Notes: a model not told the origin generated them from the letters alone. A stretch of 64,000 nucleotides of DNA from Acidobacteriota bacterium (GCA_965205505.1 CBDBHB010000009.1:1792001-1856000), one strand, 5' to 3'; shown: positions 30,929 through 41,119, numbered from the stretch's first letter. A program made the numbers and translations.

Positions 30929-31965
30929 ATGGACGGGAGGGTGACCGAGGGAACGATCGCCGAGCAAGCGCGCGTCGAGAAGAGCAAGCTCAAGAAGGTC
31001 ATGGGGCCCCGCGACCTGGGCTTGGGCTTCCTCACCTGGGTCAACTACGGCTCGGCAACCGAATTCTCGCCGAGCACCGTGACCCCCACCTTCGGTGGAC
31101 TCTCCGACCTCATCCTGCTCGCGGCGGTTGCCTACGCGTTTGCTGGCCTCGAGGCGGCATCGGTGATGAGCGAAGAGGTGCAGGACCCCAGGCGCAACGT
31201 CCCCCGAGCGCTCGCCATCGCCGGTGTGATGGTGCTCGGCGTATATATCCTCATTTCCTGGACGATGATGACGGTGCTCCCGGCAGATCAGATCACGGGT
31301 CTGACGGGGCTGACCGACACCGCTCGAGTCGCCGGAACGAGGCTGGTCGGCGCCACGATGGGCGGCGTATTGGGCTCGCTGGTAGCACTCTGCCTCTGCC
31401 TCGCGGCGTTCGGAACGGTCAGCGCCTGGATGGCGACCTGCGCGCGGGTACCGTTCGCCGCCGGGCTCGACGGCTACCTACCGGCCGCCTTCGGAACCCT
31501 GCACCCGAAGTACGCTACCCCGCACGTGTCGGTGATCACGCTCGGCCTCGCCACGGCGGGGTTGATCATCCTCGGTAGCATGGGAGGCACCGCGCAGCAG
31601 ATCTATCGCATTTTCGTCAGCCTCGAGATCGTCACCTACTTCATCCCCCCTACATGTACATGTTCGCGGCGCTGCTCGTCATGCAGCGGCACCCGGTAGC
31701 GGAAGGTGTCCAGCGCGCGCCGTTCGCGCCCTATGGCGCCTACTTCGCCGGCGGTACGGGCTTTGTGGTAACCGCTGCGTCGCTGATCTTCGCCCTCATC
31801 CCGAGCGAGAGCGTCGCTGACCCGACGTTCTTCTACATCACCGTCTTCGGAACGCTGGCGGTGTTGACGATCGTCGGGGTGGGCTTGTACGTCAACGGCA
31901 AGTCGCGGCGGCAGCGTCTGGAGGCAGCTGCCCGGATCCAAGGGAGTAGCCGCCACGCGAGGTAA
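30929..31965 (+). pseudogene. APC permease remnant (internal deletion plus frameshift in a C-run near 31645)
   Basis: KLKKVMGPRDL jumps directly to the mid-protein region; AYAFAGLE..SEEVQDPRRNVP, LHPKYATP; the C-terminus is in another frame. Confidence 0.8.
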
Positions 31966-32128
31966 CCGGTCCACCGCGACTACCTTCTTCCCGTCGCTAG
32001 CGGCGCGCTTGCCTGCCTGACGGCGGCAATGCCAGCGTCGATCGGGGCCCAGGAACCGATGTGGATCTACAACGTCGACGCGTAGGCCGACTCCGGAGGC
32101 ATTCCGCGTCGTCGAGGGTCGCCTGGCG

Positions 32129-32326
32129 TTGTTTTCGGATCGGCCCCGGGGCAACACGCTGGCCGCCTTCGATCGCGTCCAGGACAAGAGCGCGATGCGC
32201 ATTCGCTTCTACGAGATCGGTGAGCGCTCATTCCGTTGGCGCTCCGCGCGCAGCTGGGACGCCGGCGAAACTTGCATCGAGGACTACCAGTACACGGACT
32301 GCGAGCGCGCGCAGTCCAGACCGTGA
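32129..32326 (+). pseudogene. C-terminal remnant of a hypothetical protein
   Basis: RIRFYEIGERSFRWRSARSWDAG looks like a protein C-terminus; a broken signal-peptide-like stretch lies just upstream. Confidence 0.4.
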
Positions 32327-32350
32327 AGCTAGCGCCACCTGACGCACCCG

Positions 32351-35300
32351 CTACTGTTGCTGATGGCGAGGGTACGTGAACCTCAGATCCGGATAGTCGG
32401 GCGGTGTCGGAATGGCGCGTGGGTCCTCGGCGATCTTCTGTAGCAGGTACTCGATGGCGGTGTCGAGCTGGGCATCTTCGCCGTTGAAGGTGGCGTGCGG
32501 CAGGTTGATTACCTCGATGTCGGGCACCACGCCCCACTGCTCGATCAGCCACTCGCCCTCGGGGCCGTACACGCCGCTCATCGGGGCTCGGGCCAAGCCG
32601 CCGTCGCTGAGACGATTCGACGACGAGAGCCAGATCTCACCGCCCCAGGTGCGGGTACCAATCACCGGGCCCATACCCAGGCGACGGAACCCCTCGGCAA
32701 AAGCCTCACCGTCCGAGGCGGTGTTCTCATCGACCAGCACCACCATGTGGCCGCGGAAGGCGTACTGCATGTTCCAGGTCGGCCGACCGACGCGACTCTT
32801 CCAGTAAAACCAGGCCGGTCGCATCAGCTTATCGAGGATGACGCTGTCGATGTTGCCGCCGCGGTTGCGGCGCACGTCGACGATCAAGCCCGGCCGATCG
32901 TGAACTGGGTAGAACTGTCGATACCAGGCGTTGATGTCGCTGGATCCCATCGCCCGCAGATGGACGTAGCCGATCTGGCCGGCGGCCGCCTCTTCAACCT
33001 CCAGCCGCCGCGAGTACTCCCAGTCGGTGTAGCGCAGGTTCAGCTCGTTGGCGGCGGGCACGACGATGACATCGTGGCCCTCCCCGCCAGCTCCGGATCG
33101 CACACGCAGCAGCACCTGCTGACCCTGCTGGTTTCGGAGCAACGCGCCGATGTGGCCTACCGACAGCGTGGCGACGCCGTTGACCGCTTCGATGACGTCA
33201 CCGTCGGCAATGTCCAGGTCGGGATCCGCCAGGGGCGACAGCTCGTCCGGGTAGTCCGGGTCACCCTGGTAGATGTGGTCGATGCGGTATCCCCCAGCGT
33301 CGGGGTCGCGGACCAGGCGAGCTCCGAGGCTGGCGACCGCCACGTCGTCGTCGCCCTCGCGAGTGTCACCGCCACGAACGCTGGTGTGCAACGCCGACAG
33401 CTCACCGATTACGCGACCGATCAGCTGGTTCAGCTCGGCGCGGGTGGTCACGCGGCCGACGAGCTCGAGGTATTTCTCCAACACCACGTCCCAGGCAAGC
33501 CCATGCATGCCCGGGTCGTAGAAATAGACGCGTTCGAGGCGCCACGCGTCGATGAAGATCTGCCGCCAGTCGGCCGCGACGTCGATCGAGAACGTCCACC
33601 CGCTGAGGTCCACCTCGTGGTTGGCAAGGCTGCCGTTTGCACTACTCGGCTTGGCATCGATGACGTAGATATCGCTGCTACGCCGCACCATCAGCTTCTT
33701 GCCGTCGGCCGACATCTCATAGTCGGCGATCTCCTCGAGAACCTGCTCAGGCTCAGGATCGTCATTGCCGATGGCCATGCCCATCAGATGCCCGCGGGAG
33801 CTGCCGGACTCGCGCGCCCGCCAGAACAGGGCGTCTTTGGTCACCGACAGATTCGCGTAGTTGCCGGGCTCGACCGGCACTTCCTTGACGCGCCGCGCGA
33901 TGCCGTTGAGGTCGACGGGCATGCTGCTGTCGCTCGAGTCTTCGGTCTCGCTATCGCCGTCTGGCGAGGCCGCCGCCGAGTCCCCGGCCGCTTCGAGCGC
34001 ACGGCTGATCTCGTCATCTGGCGTGAACGGCGAGCGCAGGCCGGCCCGCATGGAGATCTGGTAGATCTTCATCGTGCGGTCGAAGTACGGCTCGGGCGCA
34101 CGCGGCCCCCACGGGCTGCCGACCGATGTGCGCAGGTTGCGGTCGGACAGAAAGTACAACCAGTCGCCGTCAGGGCCGCAGGCCGGGCTGACGCTGTTGA
34201 CGCGGTCCGAGGTCAGCGCCGTCCGCGCCTCGGTGGCCACTTCGTACAGCCACAGTTGCGCGTAGGTGTTCATCGCGGCCTGTGCAAAGGCAAGCCAACC
34301 GCTGTCTGGTGACCAGGCAACGTCGAGGACCCCTTCGCGGTTCGTCGACACCAGGCGCTGCTCACCGGTACCCACTTCGAGCAGCCACAGTTCGTTGTTG
34401 TTGTCGCGATACACGACCCAGGAGCCATCCGGCGACGGCGTGCCCTGGAAGCGCAGCACCGCACCGTCATCGGTTATCGGCGTCTCATCGCCCACGCCGT
34501 TGGCCGGGATGGTGGCGAACTCGAGCTCGCCGCTGGCGTCCGTGAGGCCGAGCAGAGTGTCGCCATCGGGCATGAACACGACGTCGCGATAGCGCACGCC
34601 TTCGCGGCGCGAGGCGCGAACGAGTCGACCCGAGCCAGCAGGTGCCACGAACACCCGGCCGCGCGAGGTCAGCACGACGCTCTCACCGTCTGGGTGGATG
34701 TGCGCCGAGCTCAGGTAGTCCATCGGCTCGGTGACCCACTTTTCACGCAACTGATCAAAGTCGGACGCGAGGCTGATCGGCACCAGCTCATACGAGTCTG
34801 CGGCGATGTCATAGGTCCAGATATCGGCGCCGACCTGGTAGGCAATGTGCCCTTCAGAGAGCGTCGCTTCCTTCACGTCCCAGCCACTGTGCTGCGTGTG
34901 CTGCTGCAGATCGTCGCCCGACGGGCTCATCGACCAGATGTTCATCGTGCCGTCGCGTGGAGTCACGAAGTACACGCGGTCGTTCCACCACATCGGCGTG
35001 TGGCTCTCGCCGTCGTAGTCGTCGGTGAGCGGCTCAGCCTCGGCCGAGCCGGGCGCGTACTTCCAGATCTTGCGCGCCGTTCCGCCCATGTAGCGCTTGG
35101 TCACGTTACCGTGGAAGCCCGGGCGAACGAAGAAGAGGGTTGCGCCATCGTCGCCGTAGGTGGCCTCGCTGGCATCAGCCAACTGCACGACGGTGCGTGT
35201 GTTGGCGACCAGGTCGAGCTCGACCAGCTGGCGCTTCGGCAACGTTGAGTAGCTAGCGGTCGCGTACACCAGCTCGCCGGACGGCGTCCAACCGACGGGT

Positions 35301-35629
35301 ATCGAGGCGTCAGCCTCATAGGTCTGCCGCTTCGGCAGCCCGCCCGCCAGCGGCATCGTGTACACCTCGGTCACGCCCTCGTAGTTGCCGCCATAGGCGA
35401 GCGTGCGGCCGTCCGGGGAGATCGTCGGGTGGCTCTCTTCCTCTGCGTGAGTAGTCAGCCGCTGCGCCAGCCCGCCAGTCGTGCCGACCTTCCATAGGTC
35501 ACCTTCGGCCGCGAACACCAACGTGTCGCCGTGCAGCGTCGGATAGCGGTAGTACCCTTGCCTGCCCTCTTGCGACCAAGCAGCGGATGAGAACAGCAAC
35601 ACCGCAACAACTGCGACAACGCGACGCAT
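32351..35629 (-). CDS. Tricorn-like S41 protease
   Basis: Signal peptide; GYYRYPTLHGDTLVFAAEGDLW, beta-propeller repeats, PDZ, GYVHL, IVDVRRNRGGN, TASDGE (catalytic Ser), GTRTWGG, GVVPDIEV. Confidence 0.95.
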   Translation of the reverse strand: MRRVVAVVAVLLFSSAAWSQEGRQGYYRYPTLHGDTLVFAAEGDLWKVGTTGGLAQRLTTHAEEESHPTISPDGRTLAYGGNYEGVTEVYTMPLAGGLPKRQTYEADASIPVGWTPSGELVYATASYSTLPKRQLVELDLVANTRTVVQLADASEATYGDDGATLFFVRPGFHGNVTKRYMGGTARKIWKYAPGSAEAEPLTDDYDGESHTPMWWNDRVYFVTPRDGTMNIWSMSPSGDDLQQHTQHSGWDVKEATLSEGHIAYQVGADIWTYDIAADSYELVPISLASDFDQLREKWVTEPMDYLSSAHIHPDGESVVLTSRGRVFVAPAGSGRLVRASRREGVRYRDVVFMPDGDTLLGLTDASGELEFATIPANGVGDETPITDDGAVLRFQGTPSPDGSWVVYRDNNNELWLLEVGTGEQRLVSTNREGVLDVAWSPDSGWLAFAQAAMNTYAQLWLYEVATEARTALTSDRVNSVSPACGPDGDWLYFLSDRNLRTSVGSPWGPRAPEPYFDRTMKIYQISMRAGLRSPFTPDDEISRALEAAGDSAAASPDGDSETEDSSDSSMPVDLNGIARRVKEVPVEPGNYANLSVTKDALFWRARESGSSRGHLMGMAIGNDDPEPEQVLEEIADYEMSADGKKLMVRRSSDIYVIDAKPSSANGSLANHEVDLSGWTFSIDVAADWRQIFIDAWRLERVYFYDPGMHGLAWDVVLEKYLELVGRVTTRAELNQLIGRVIGELSALHTSVRGGDTREGDDDVAVASLGARLVRDPDAGGYRIDHIYQGDPDYPDELSPLADPDLDIADGDVIEAVNGVATLSVGHIGALLRNQQGQQVLLRVRSGAGGEGHDVIVVPAANELNLRYTDWEYSRRLEVEEAAAGQIGYVHLRAMGSSDINAWYRQFYPVHDRPGLIVDVRRNRGGNIDSVILDKLMRPAWFYWKSRVGRPTWNMQYAFRGHMVVLVDENTASDGEAFAEGFRRLGMGPVIGTRTWGGEIWLSSSNRLSDGGLARAPMSGVYGPEGEWLIEQWGVVPDIEVINLPHATFNGEDAQLDTAIEYLLQKIAEDPRAIPTPPDYPDLRFTYPRHQQQ

Positions 35630-35719
35630 GGTGAGTCTCCTTGATTTGGCGAGCGGGAGGATACTGTCAACGTAACGGAGATCATCGCAGAGTGCGGCCA
35701 TGATGGGTTCAGTCTGGCC

Positions 35720-35848
35720 GATTCGATCAACGAGATCGTGGCGATCATCGCCGGCGAGCACGGCAAGACCAAGCCGGACGCGCGCGGAGAGATCCAACGC
35801 GGGCTCGAAACCGTGGACTTCGCGTGCGGGATCTCGCAGCTGCTCAAA
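35720..35848 (+). pseudogene. N-terminal fragment of a GC-rich methylmalonate-semialdehyde dehydrogenase
   Basis: DSINEIVAIIAGEHGKTKPDARGEIQRGLETVDFACGISQLLK. Confidence 0.8.
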
Positions 35849-35966
35849 CTCACCCCACCCCTGTCTGGGAGCGCCATGGAACCCGGCCCTCGATTGGGCC
35901 ACACTACGAGATCGGCTATAATTACCGCCCGGTTACATCTAAATACCGTTCTCTTGGAGGTTAACA

Positions 35967-37550
35967 ATGTCAGAACAAGCTACTTCAACGTATTGTGCCG
36001 ACGGTGAGAGCCTCACATCACTGGCAGAACAACCCAAACAACTAAAATATTGCGTGAATGGTGAGTGGCTTACATCCAGCACTGAGACTTATATGGACTG
36101 CTACAACCCATCCACGGGCGAGATCATTGCTCAGGCTCCACAATGCACAGCAGAAGAAGTGAACTCAGCAGTCGCAGCAGCCAAGGCCGCTTATCCGGGA
36201 TGGTCTAATACCCCTGTGGTGCGACGTGTTCAGATCTTGTTCAAACTCAAGACACTACTCGAACAACATCTGGATGGGTTGACTGAGATACTCGCCCGAG
36301 AAATGGGAAAGGCTTGGGAAGAAGCAAAGGGAGACATCTTAAAAGTAATTGAAGTCGTCGACTTTTCCTGTGGTATGCCGCATCTCATGAAAGGGGAATC
36401 CCTGATGGATTGCAGCACGGATTATGATACGACTATGTATCATCATCCAGTTGGTGTTTTTGCTGGAATCGCCCCCTGGAATTTTCCCGCAATGATCCCC
36501 CAGGGTTGGATGGCTCCGATTTGTATCGCCGCGGGAAATTGTTTCGTACTGAAAGCCGCTAGCTTTGTTCCTCAAACATCAATGCGAATCACGGAACTAT
36601 GGTATGAGGCCGGGCTCCCCAAAGGCGTTTTGAACGTAGTAACCACCAGCCGGAATGAAGCGGAACTGCTACTCGAGCATCCTGATATCGCTGGTGTTAC
36701 TTTTGTGGGCTCAACCAAAGTCGGCCAGCATATTTACTCGACCGCCGCCGCGAATGGCAAACGGGTTCAAGCTCTGACTGAAGCCAAGAACCACGCCCTG
36801 GTCTTGGAAGACTGTGTCCTGGAAAGGACAGCCAGGGGAATTGTCAACGCGTTCTGCGGGTGTGCCGGCCAACGGTGCATGGCGCTTCCGGTTGTTTGTG
36901 TTGAAGAGAGTATTGCCGACAGGTTGGTTGAATCTCTGGTGCGACTCTCCTCCGAATTAACATTGGGACCGGCCTATGAACGAAGCACTGGCGTTGGACC
37001 GGTAGTGAACAAGGGCCATTTGAAATACGTCACTGATTGGATTCAAACGGGTGTTGACGAAGGGGCTACACTCGTTCTTGATGGCCGCAACCCTGACGTG
37101 CCGGGTTATGACAGTGGCTTTTATGTTGGACCAACCATCTTTGATCACGTGACCGAAGATATGACGGTTGGGCGGGATGAAGTCTTCGGGCCTGTTATCT
37201 GCGTAAAACGCATCCAAGACTTTGAAGAAGGCCTGGCCATTATGAACAACAGTGAGTTTGCCAATGGTTCGTCGATCTATACTCAAAGCGGCTATTACGC
37301 CCGTGAGTTTTCCAAACGAACTCATGGTGGCATGGTTGGTGTGAACGTTGGTATTCCAGTCCCTCTGGGAATCTTTGGTTTCACCGGACAGAAGAAATCA
37401 TTCTTTGGTGATTTACATACCATGGGAAAGGACGGTGTGAGGTTCTTTACCGAACTAAAGTGTGTCACCACTACCTGGTTTACGGAAGACATGGGATCGG
37501 ACAAGGTCAATACCTGGGACGGAACCATCGATGTTGGGTCGAACGACTGA
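35967..37550 (+). CDS. mmsA: CoA-acylating (methyl)malonate-semialdehyde dehydrogenase (MmsA/IolA), AT-richer than the host
   Basis: IAPWNFPAMIP, FVGST, AKNH, FCGCAGQRCMA, EVFGPV, GMVGVNVGIPVP, KKSFFGDLH; GGAGG RBS. Confidence 0.93.
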   Translation: MSEQATSTYCADGESLTSLAEQPKQLKYCVNGEWLTSSTETYMDCYNPSTGEIIAQAPQCTAEEVNSAVAAAKAAYPGWSNTPVVRRVQILFKLKTLLEQHLDGLTEILAREMGKAWEEAKGDILKVIEVVDFSCGMPHLMKGESLMDCSTDYDTTMYHHPVGVFAGIAPWNFPAMIPQGWMAPICIAAGNCFVLKAASFVPQTSMRITELWYEAGLPKGVLNVVTTSRNEAELLLEHPDIAGVTFVGSTKVGQHIYSTAAANGKRVQALTEAKNHALVLEDCVLERTARGIVNAFCGCAGQRCMALPVVCVEESIADRLVESLVRLSSELTLGPAYERSTGVGPVVNKGHLKYVTDWIQTGVDEGATLVLDGRNPDVPGYDSGFYVGPTIFDHVTEDMTVGRDEVFGPVICVKRIQDFEEGLAIMNNSEFANGSSIYTQSGYYAREFSKRTHGGMVGVNVGIPVPLGIFGFTGQKKSFFGDLHTMGKDGVRFFTELKCVTTTWFTEDMGSDKVNTWDGTIDVGSND

Positions 37551-37701
37551 GCTCCTAATATTTGGCGTTTGTCAGGTAATCTCGTTTCGTTGACGTTTCA
37601 TACATGCTGCAGCAGCAATACGACCGGCAGGTTTGACGCTGCGCGGTACGTGAGGACGGATCGGTAGAGCCCTCAGCTGCATGGGTATCTCTTTCTACGG
37701 T

Positions 37702-38292
37702 CCTCTCGAGGAGGGAGCTTCCATCGTCACGGACGGCCGCGGCCTGAGTGTTCCGGGTTGCGAAGGAGGCTTGTTCGTCGGCCCGACATTGTTCGATCAC
37801 GTCAAGCCTCCGATGCGAATCTATCGCGAGGAGATCTTCGGCCCAGTGCTGGCGATTGGGGCCATTTGCGGCGTTGGCCTTCCTCGACGATGGCTAGGGC
37901 ATCGCCAGTGTCAGGCCGCCTTGCATCTGGCCCCAACTCGCCGTAACCAGACCCACCACACTTTCACCACGGCCTGCTAGCACTTCACCGATGCCATCGA
38001 GCTGGTCAACAACAACGAATTCGCAAACGGAACCGCGATCTTCACGAACGATGGCGGCGCTGCCTGGCGCTTTCAGCAAGAGATTCAGGTGGGTATGGTG
38101 GGCATCAACGTGCCGATACCCGTACCGATGGCCTATCACTCGTTCGGTGGGTAGAAGAGCTCGCTGTTCGGCGCGTGTTCGATCTACGGTCCAGAAGGTG
38201 TGCACTTCTACACGCGACCGAAGGTCGTGACGACCCGCTGGGCCGACTCGTCTCAGCGCGGCGTCGATCTGGGCTTCCCACGCTCGCACTAG
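37702..38292 (+). pseudogene. C-terminal fragment of the GC-rich mmsA paralog, interrupted by a MITE half
   Basis: [29 protein letters not shown] | [54 protein letters not shown]; stop at 38152-38154. Confidence 0.88.
37851..37976. mobile_element. MITE family 1, half copy C
   Basis: Near-identical to the reverse complement of the left half of copy B (41204 onward); ends in the TIR followed by CTAG (37977-37980). Confidence 0.88.
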
Positions 38293-38389
38293 ATGAGATG
38301 AGAAGGCCAACCTCCTGAACGCAGTAGCCTGACGGCTCTGCAAACGTTTCTTCAAACGTAACGGGCTCGAAGCCCAAGGAGGTTGGCCG

Positions 38390-39436
38390 ATGACAAGTGT
38401 AACGATTGGACTGGACGTAAGCGACCGGTACAGCCGTATGTGCGTGCTCGACAGTAAGGGCAGGGTGATGGAGGAAGGGCGGGTGAGGACGAGCCCGGAG
38501 GGGCTGGCGAGGCGGTTCGGGTGCGAGGAGCCCGCTCGAGTAGTGCTGGAGGTTGGAACGCACTCGCCGTGGATGAGTGAGCAGTTGAAGCAACTGGGTC
38601 ATGAGGTGCTGGTGGCTAACCCGAGGCGGCTGAAGCTGATCTATGGCGAGCACGACAAGACCGACCGGTTGGATGCCGAGCACCTGGCACGAGTGGGCAG
38701 AATGGACCCAAAGCTGCTTAAGACGGTGCAGCATCGAGGCAGACAAGCGCGAGCGGATCTAGCCGTGATTCGGAGCCGAGATGCTCTGGTAAAGAGCCGC
38801 ACGCAGTTGGTGAGCCATGTGCGTGGTGCGGTCAAGTCGGCCGGTTGTCGTATTCCCAGGTGCTCGACGCCGGCGTTCGCGCGCACCGCGCCAGAGCACA
38901 TACCGGAGCGGCTCAAGGGAGCGCTCGAGCCGGTGCTTGAAACGATCGCCATGCTGACGGGCAACATCCAGCAATACGAGCGTCAGATCGCGCAGCTGTG
39001 CCAGGGGCGATACCCGGAGACACAGCAGCTCCAGCAAGTGGCCGGGGTCGGAGCTCTGACCGCACTGGCGTATGTGCTGACGCTCGAGGAGCCGGAACGG
39101 TTCAATACCTCCAGAGCCGTGGGCCCGTACCTGGGACTGAGACCGAAGAAACGGCAGTCGGGGGACAAGGACCCTGCGCTACGAATAACCAAGGCGGGCG
39201 ACAAAATGCTCCGACGCCTGTTGGTGGGCTCGGCGCATTACATCCTGGGCCCCTTCGGGCCCGATACTGAGCTCAGACGCTGGGGGCTCAAGCTGGCCGG
39301 ACGCGGTGGTCCTCATGGCAACAAAAAGGCAGCAGTTGCTGTCGCCCGTAAGCTCGCCGTTGTGCTGCACCGACTGTGGCTGAGTGGAGACGAGTACGAA
39401 CCGTTGCGCGCACCTGTAGAGGTTTCAGCAGCATGA
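38390..39436 (+). CDS. IS110/IS1111 DEDD transposase (recombinase)
   Basis: IGLDVS, VVLEVG, KTDRLDA (D-E-D-D), GVG, YLGLRP..RQSG (catalytic Ser), AVARKL; intact frame. Confidence 0.96.
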   Translation: MTSVTIGLDVSDRYSRMCVLDSKGRVMEEGRVRTSPEGLARRFGCEEPARVVLEVGTHSPWMSEQLKQLGHEVLVANPRRLKLIYGEHDKTDRLDAEHLARVGRMDPKLLKTVQHRGRQARADLAVIRSRDALVKSRTQLVSHVRGAVKSAGCRIPRCSTPAFARTAPEHIPERLKGALEPVLETIAMLTGNIQQYERQIAQLCQGRYPETQQLQQVAGVGALTALAYVLTLEEPERFNTSRAVGPYLGLRPKKRQSGDKDPALRITKAGDKMLRRLLVGSAHYILGPFGPDTELRRWGLKLAGRGGPHGNKKAAVAVARKLAVVLHRLWLSGDEYEPLRAPVEVSAA

Positions 39437-39682
39437 ACTAACCCGCAACCAGGAGGTCGGTAGGGCGACGCGACCCAACGGTTATCGATCTGACCGCCCG
39501 GTCCGGGCGACTGCGAAGGTCACTACGAGCTTCGAGCTCGGCAGCTAGATTGCAGCGCCTCGAATCGGGACGGACCCCAGAATGCACCGGACGACCTGAA
39601 TCCTCGTCCACCAGAGTGCGAATAGGAGCATGGCGTGCAGATCGATTCTTCGCTGGGCACCACATTGCCCTTGACCGAACTA
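39437..39682 (+). ncRNA. Putative bridge/seekRNA of the IS1111 element
   Basis: Structured 3' non-coding region with two internal loops whose guide-like segments match the insertion target and the circle junction (see findings). Boundaries are approximate. Confidence 0.72.
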
Positions 39683-39698
39683 GGCCTTCTCATAGAAG

Positions 39699-39996
39699 TG
39701 GCCTGTAACAGATGATCGTTGCATATCGCAGATGGGATTTGCGGGCGCCTTGGATCTGCGCCCTTGGCGACGTAACCAGACCCATCACACTTCCATCACG
39801 GCCTGCTGGACATCGTCCAGGAGCCGCAACGCCGATATCGCCCGCAACTGCCCATCTGTCCGGAGGATGGGGGCGAACTGGGCCCGTCTGCGGCGTTGCT
39901 CCTCCTCCAAGATGGGCAAACATCGTCTCGTCGGAGCGCCTGACATCCGGGCCCATTTCGCCACCACGATAGGCAACGATCATCTGTTACAGGCCA
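39699..39996. mobile_element. MITE family 2, with a nested family-1 end at 39748-39809
   Basis: TIR TGGCCTGTAACAGATGATCGTTGC / GCAACGATCATCTGTTACAGGCCA; right CTAG at 39997-40000; the left CTAG is restored when the IS is removed. Confidence 0.88.
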
Positions 39997-40126
39997 CTAG
40001 AGCCGCGAAGCAAGGGGAACGAGCCGATGACTTGCTCGGTACCTGGTGAGCGACGCGAGCGGGGATTAGGGTACAGGGAACGACTGCCAAACAACGTTCG
40101 GGAAACCAATCCGGAGGTGAAACCAG

Positions 40127-41119
40127 ATGAACCTCAGAAGCGGTCTGCTGCTTGTGTTCCTCGCTCTATTGGGCCTCGGAATCCCGTCGACCTGGGCCTC
40201 TTTGGGTCAGGGCTCGAGAGGCTCCCAGGACCAAAATCCCGAGCTACCCGCGTGGCAATGGCCATGGGAGAGAATCGAAGACGCCGTCGGCCAAGCAACG
40301 GCAGGTAAGGATCTCACTCCGGATCCCTGGCCGGGCGGCAACCGTGTTGCCGTGGCGTTGAGCTTTGACTTGGACAACGAGACTTTGTTCCTCAGCAGCG
40401 GTCAGACCTCGCCGGCATTGATGGCCGAAGGGGCGTATGGCAGTCGTGCCGGTCTGCCGCGGATTCTGGATGTGCTCGAGCGCTACGAGATTCCAGCCAG
40501 CTTCTTTATCCCGGCCGTGATCGCCCGCCTCAACCCTGACGCGATTCGTAACATTGTCGATGCGGGGCACGAGATCGGGCTTCACGGCTGGATCCACGAG
40601 GCCAACTCGGAGCTTAGCGAAGCCGAGGATCGCGAGTTGATGGGGCGCGCGATCCGGACGATCGAAGAGCTGACCTCCAAGAAGATCGTCGGCATCCGCA
40701 CCCCCTCATGGGACTACAGCGCCAACACTCCGAAGCTGATCGAAGAGTACGGCCTGCTCTACGACAGCAGCTTGATGGCTGACGACCGGCCGTATCAGTT
40801 GGTCTACAAGGGCAATCCCACTCCGATCGTCGAGCTTCCGGTGACCTGGATCCTCGACGACTGGCCCTACTTCTCGATGAGTGGGGGGGCATCGCTACGT
40901 ACGTTCATAACTCCGGAGGAGGTACTGGAGATCTGGAAGCTGGAGTTCGACCGCGCCTACGAAGAGGGGACGCTTTTCCTTCTGACCAACCATCCGCACA
41001 TCATCGGTCGACGTTCGCGTATCGTCGTGCTCGAGGAGCTCGTGCGGTATATGAGATCGTTCTCCGGTGTTTGGTTCGCGACCCACGAGGAGGTCGCCCG
41101 GGCCGTACAGATGTCGTGA
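40127..41119 (+). CDS. Polysaccharide deacetylase (CE4, PgdA/PuuE-like), secreted
   Basis: VALSFDLDNE, ASFFIPA, HEIGLHGWIHE, GIRTPSW, YDSSLMADD, TNHPHIIG. Confidence 0.92.
   Translation: MNLRSGLLLVFLALLGLGIPSTWASLGQGSRGSQDQNPELPAWQWPWERIEDAVGQATAGKDLTPDPWPGGNRVAVALSFDLDNETLFLSSGQTSPALMAEGAYGSRAGLPRILDVLERYEIPASFFIPAVIARLNPDAIRNIVDAGHEIGLHGWIHEANSELSEAEDRELMGRAIRTIEELTSKKIVGIRTPSWDYSANTPKLIEEYGLLYDSSLMADDRPYQLVYKGNPTPIVELPVTWILDDWPYFSMSGGASLRTFITPEEVLEIWKLEFDRAYEEGTLFLLTNHPHIIGRRSRIVVLEELVRYMRSFSGVWFATHEEVARAVQMS

Larger units (their letters stand above)
38291..39696 (+). mobile_element. IS1111-type (IS110 family) insertion sequence
   Basis: Sub-terminal IRs ATGAGAAGGCC (38298-38308) and GGCCTTCTCAT (39683-39693), 7 nt and 3 nt from the inferred ends; long 3' non-coding region; TTGACC -35 at 39671-39676; no TSD. 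Confidence 0.9.

Noticed and set aside
32495-34312. Long ORFs antisense to real genes (605 aa here; also 6713-8206, 22081-23445, 50774-52015, 7-774)
   Set aside because: These are shadow frames of GC-rich coding genes with no recognisable motifs.
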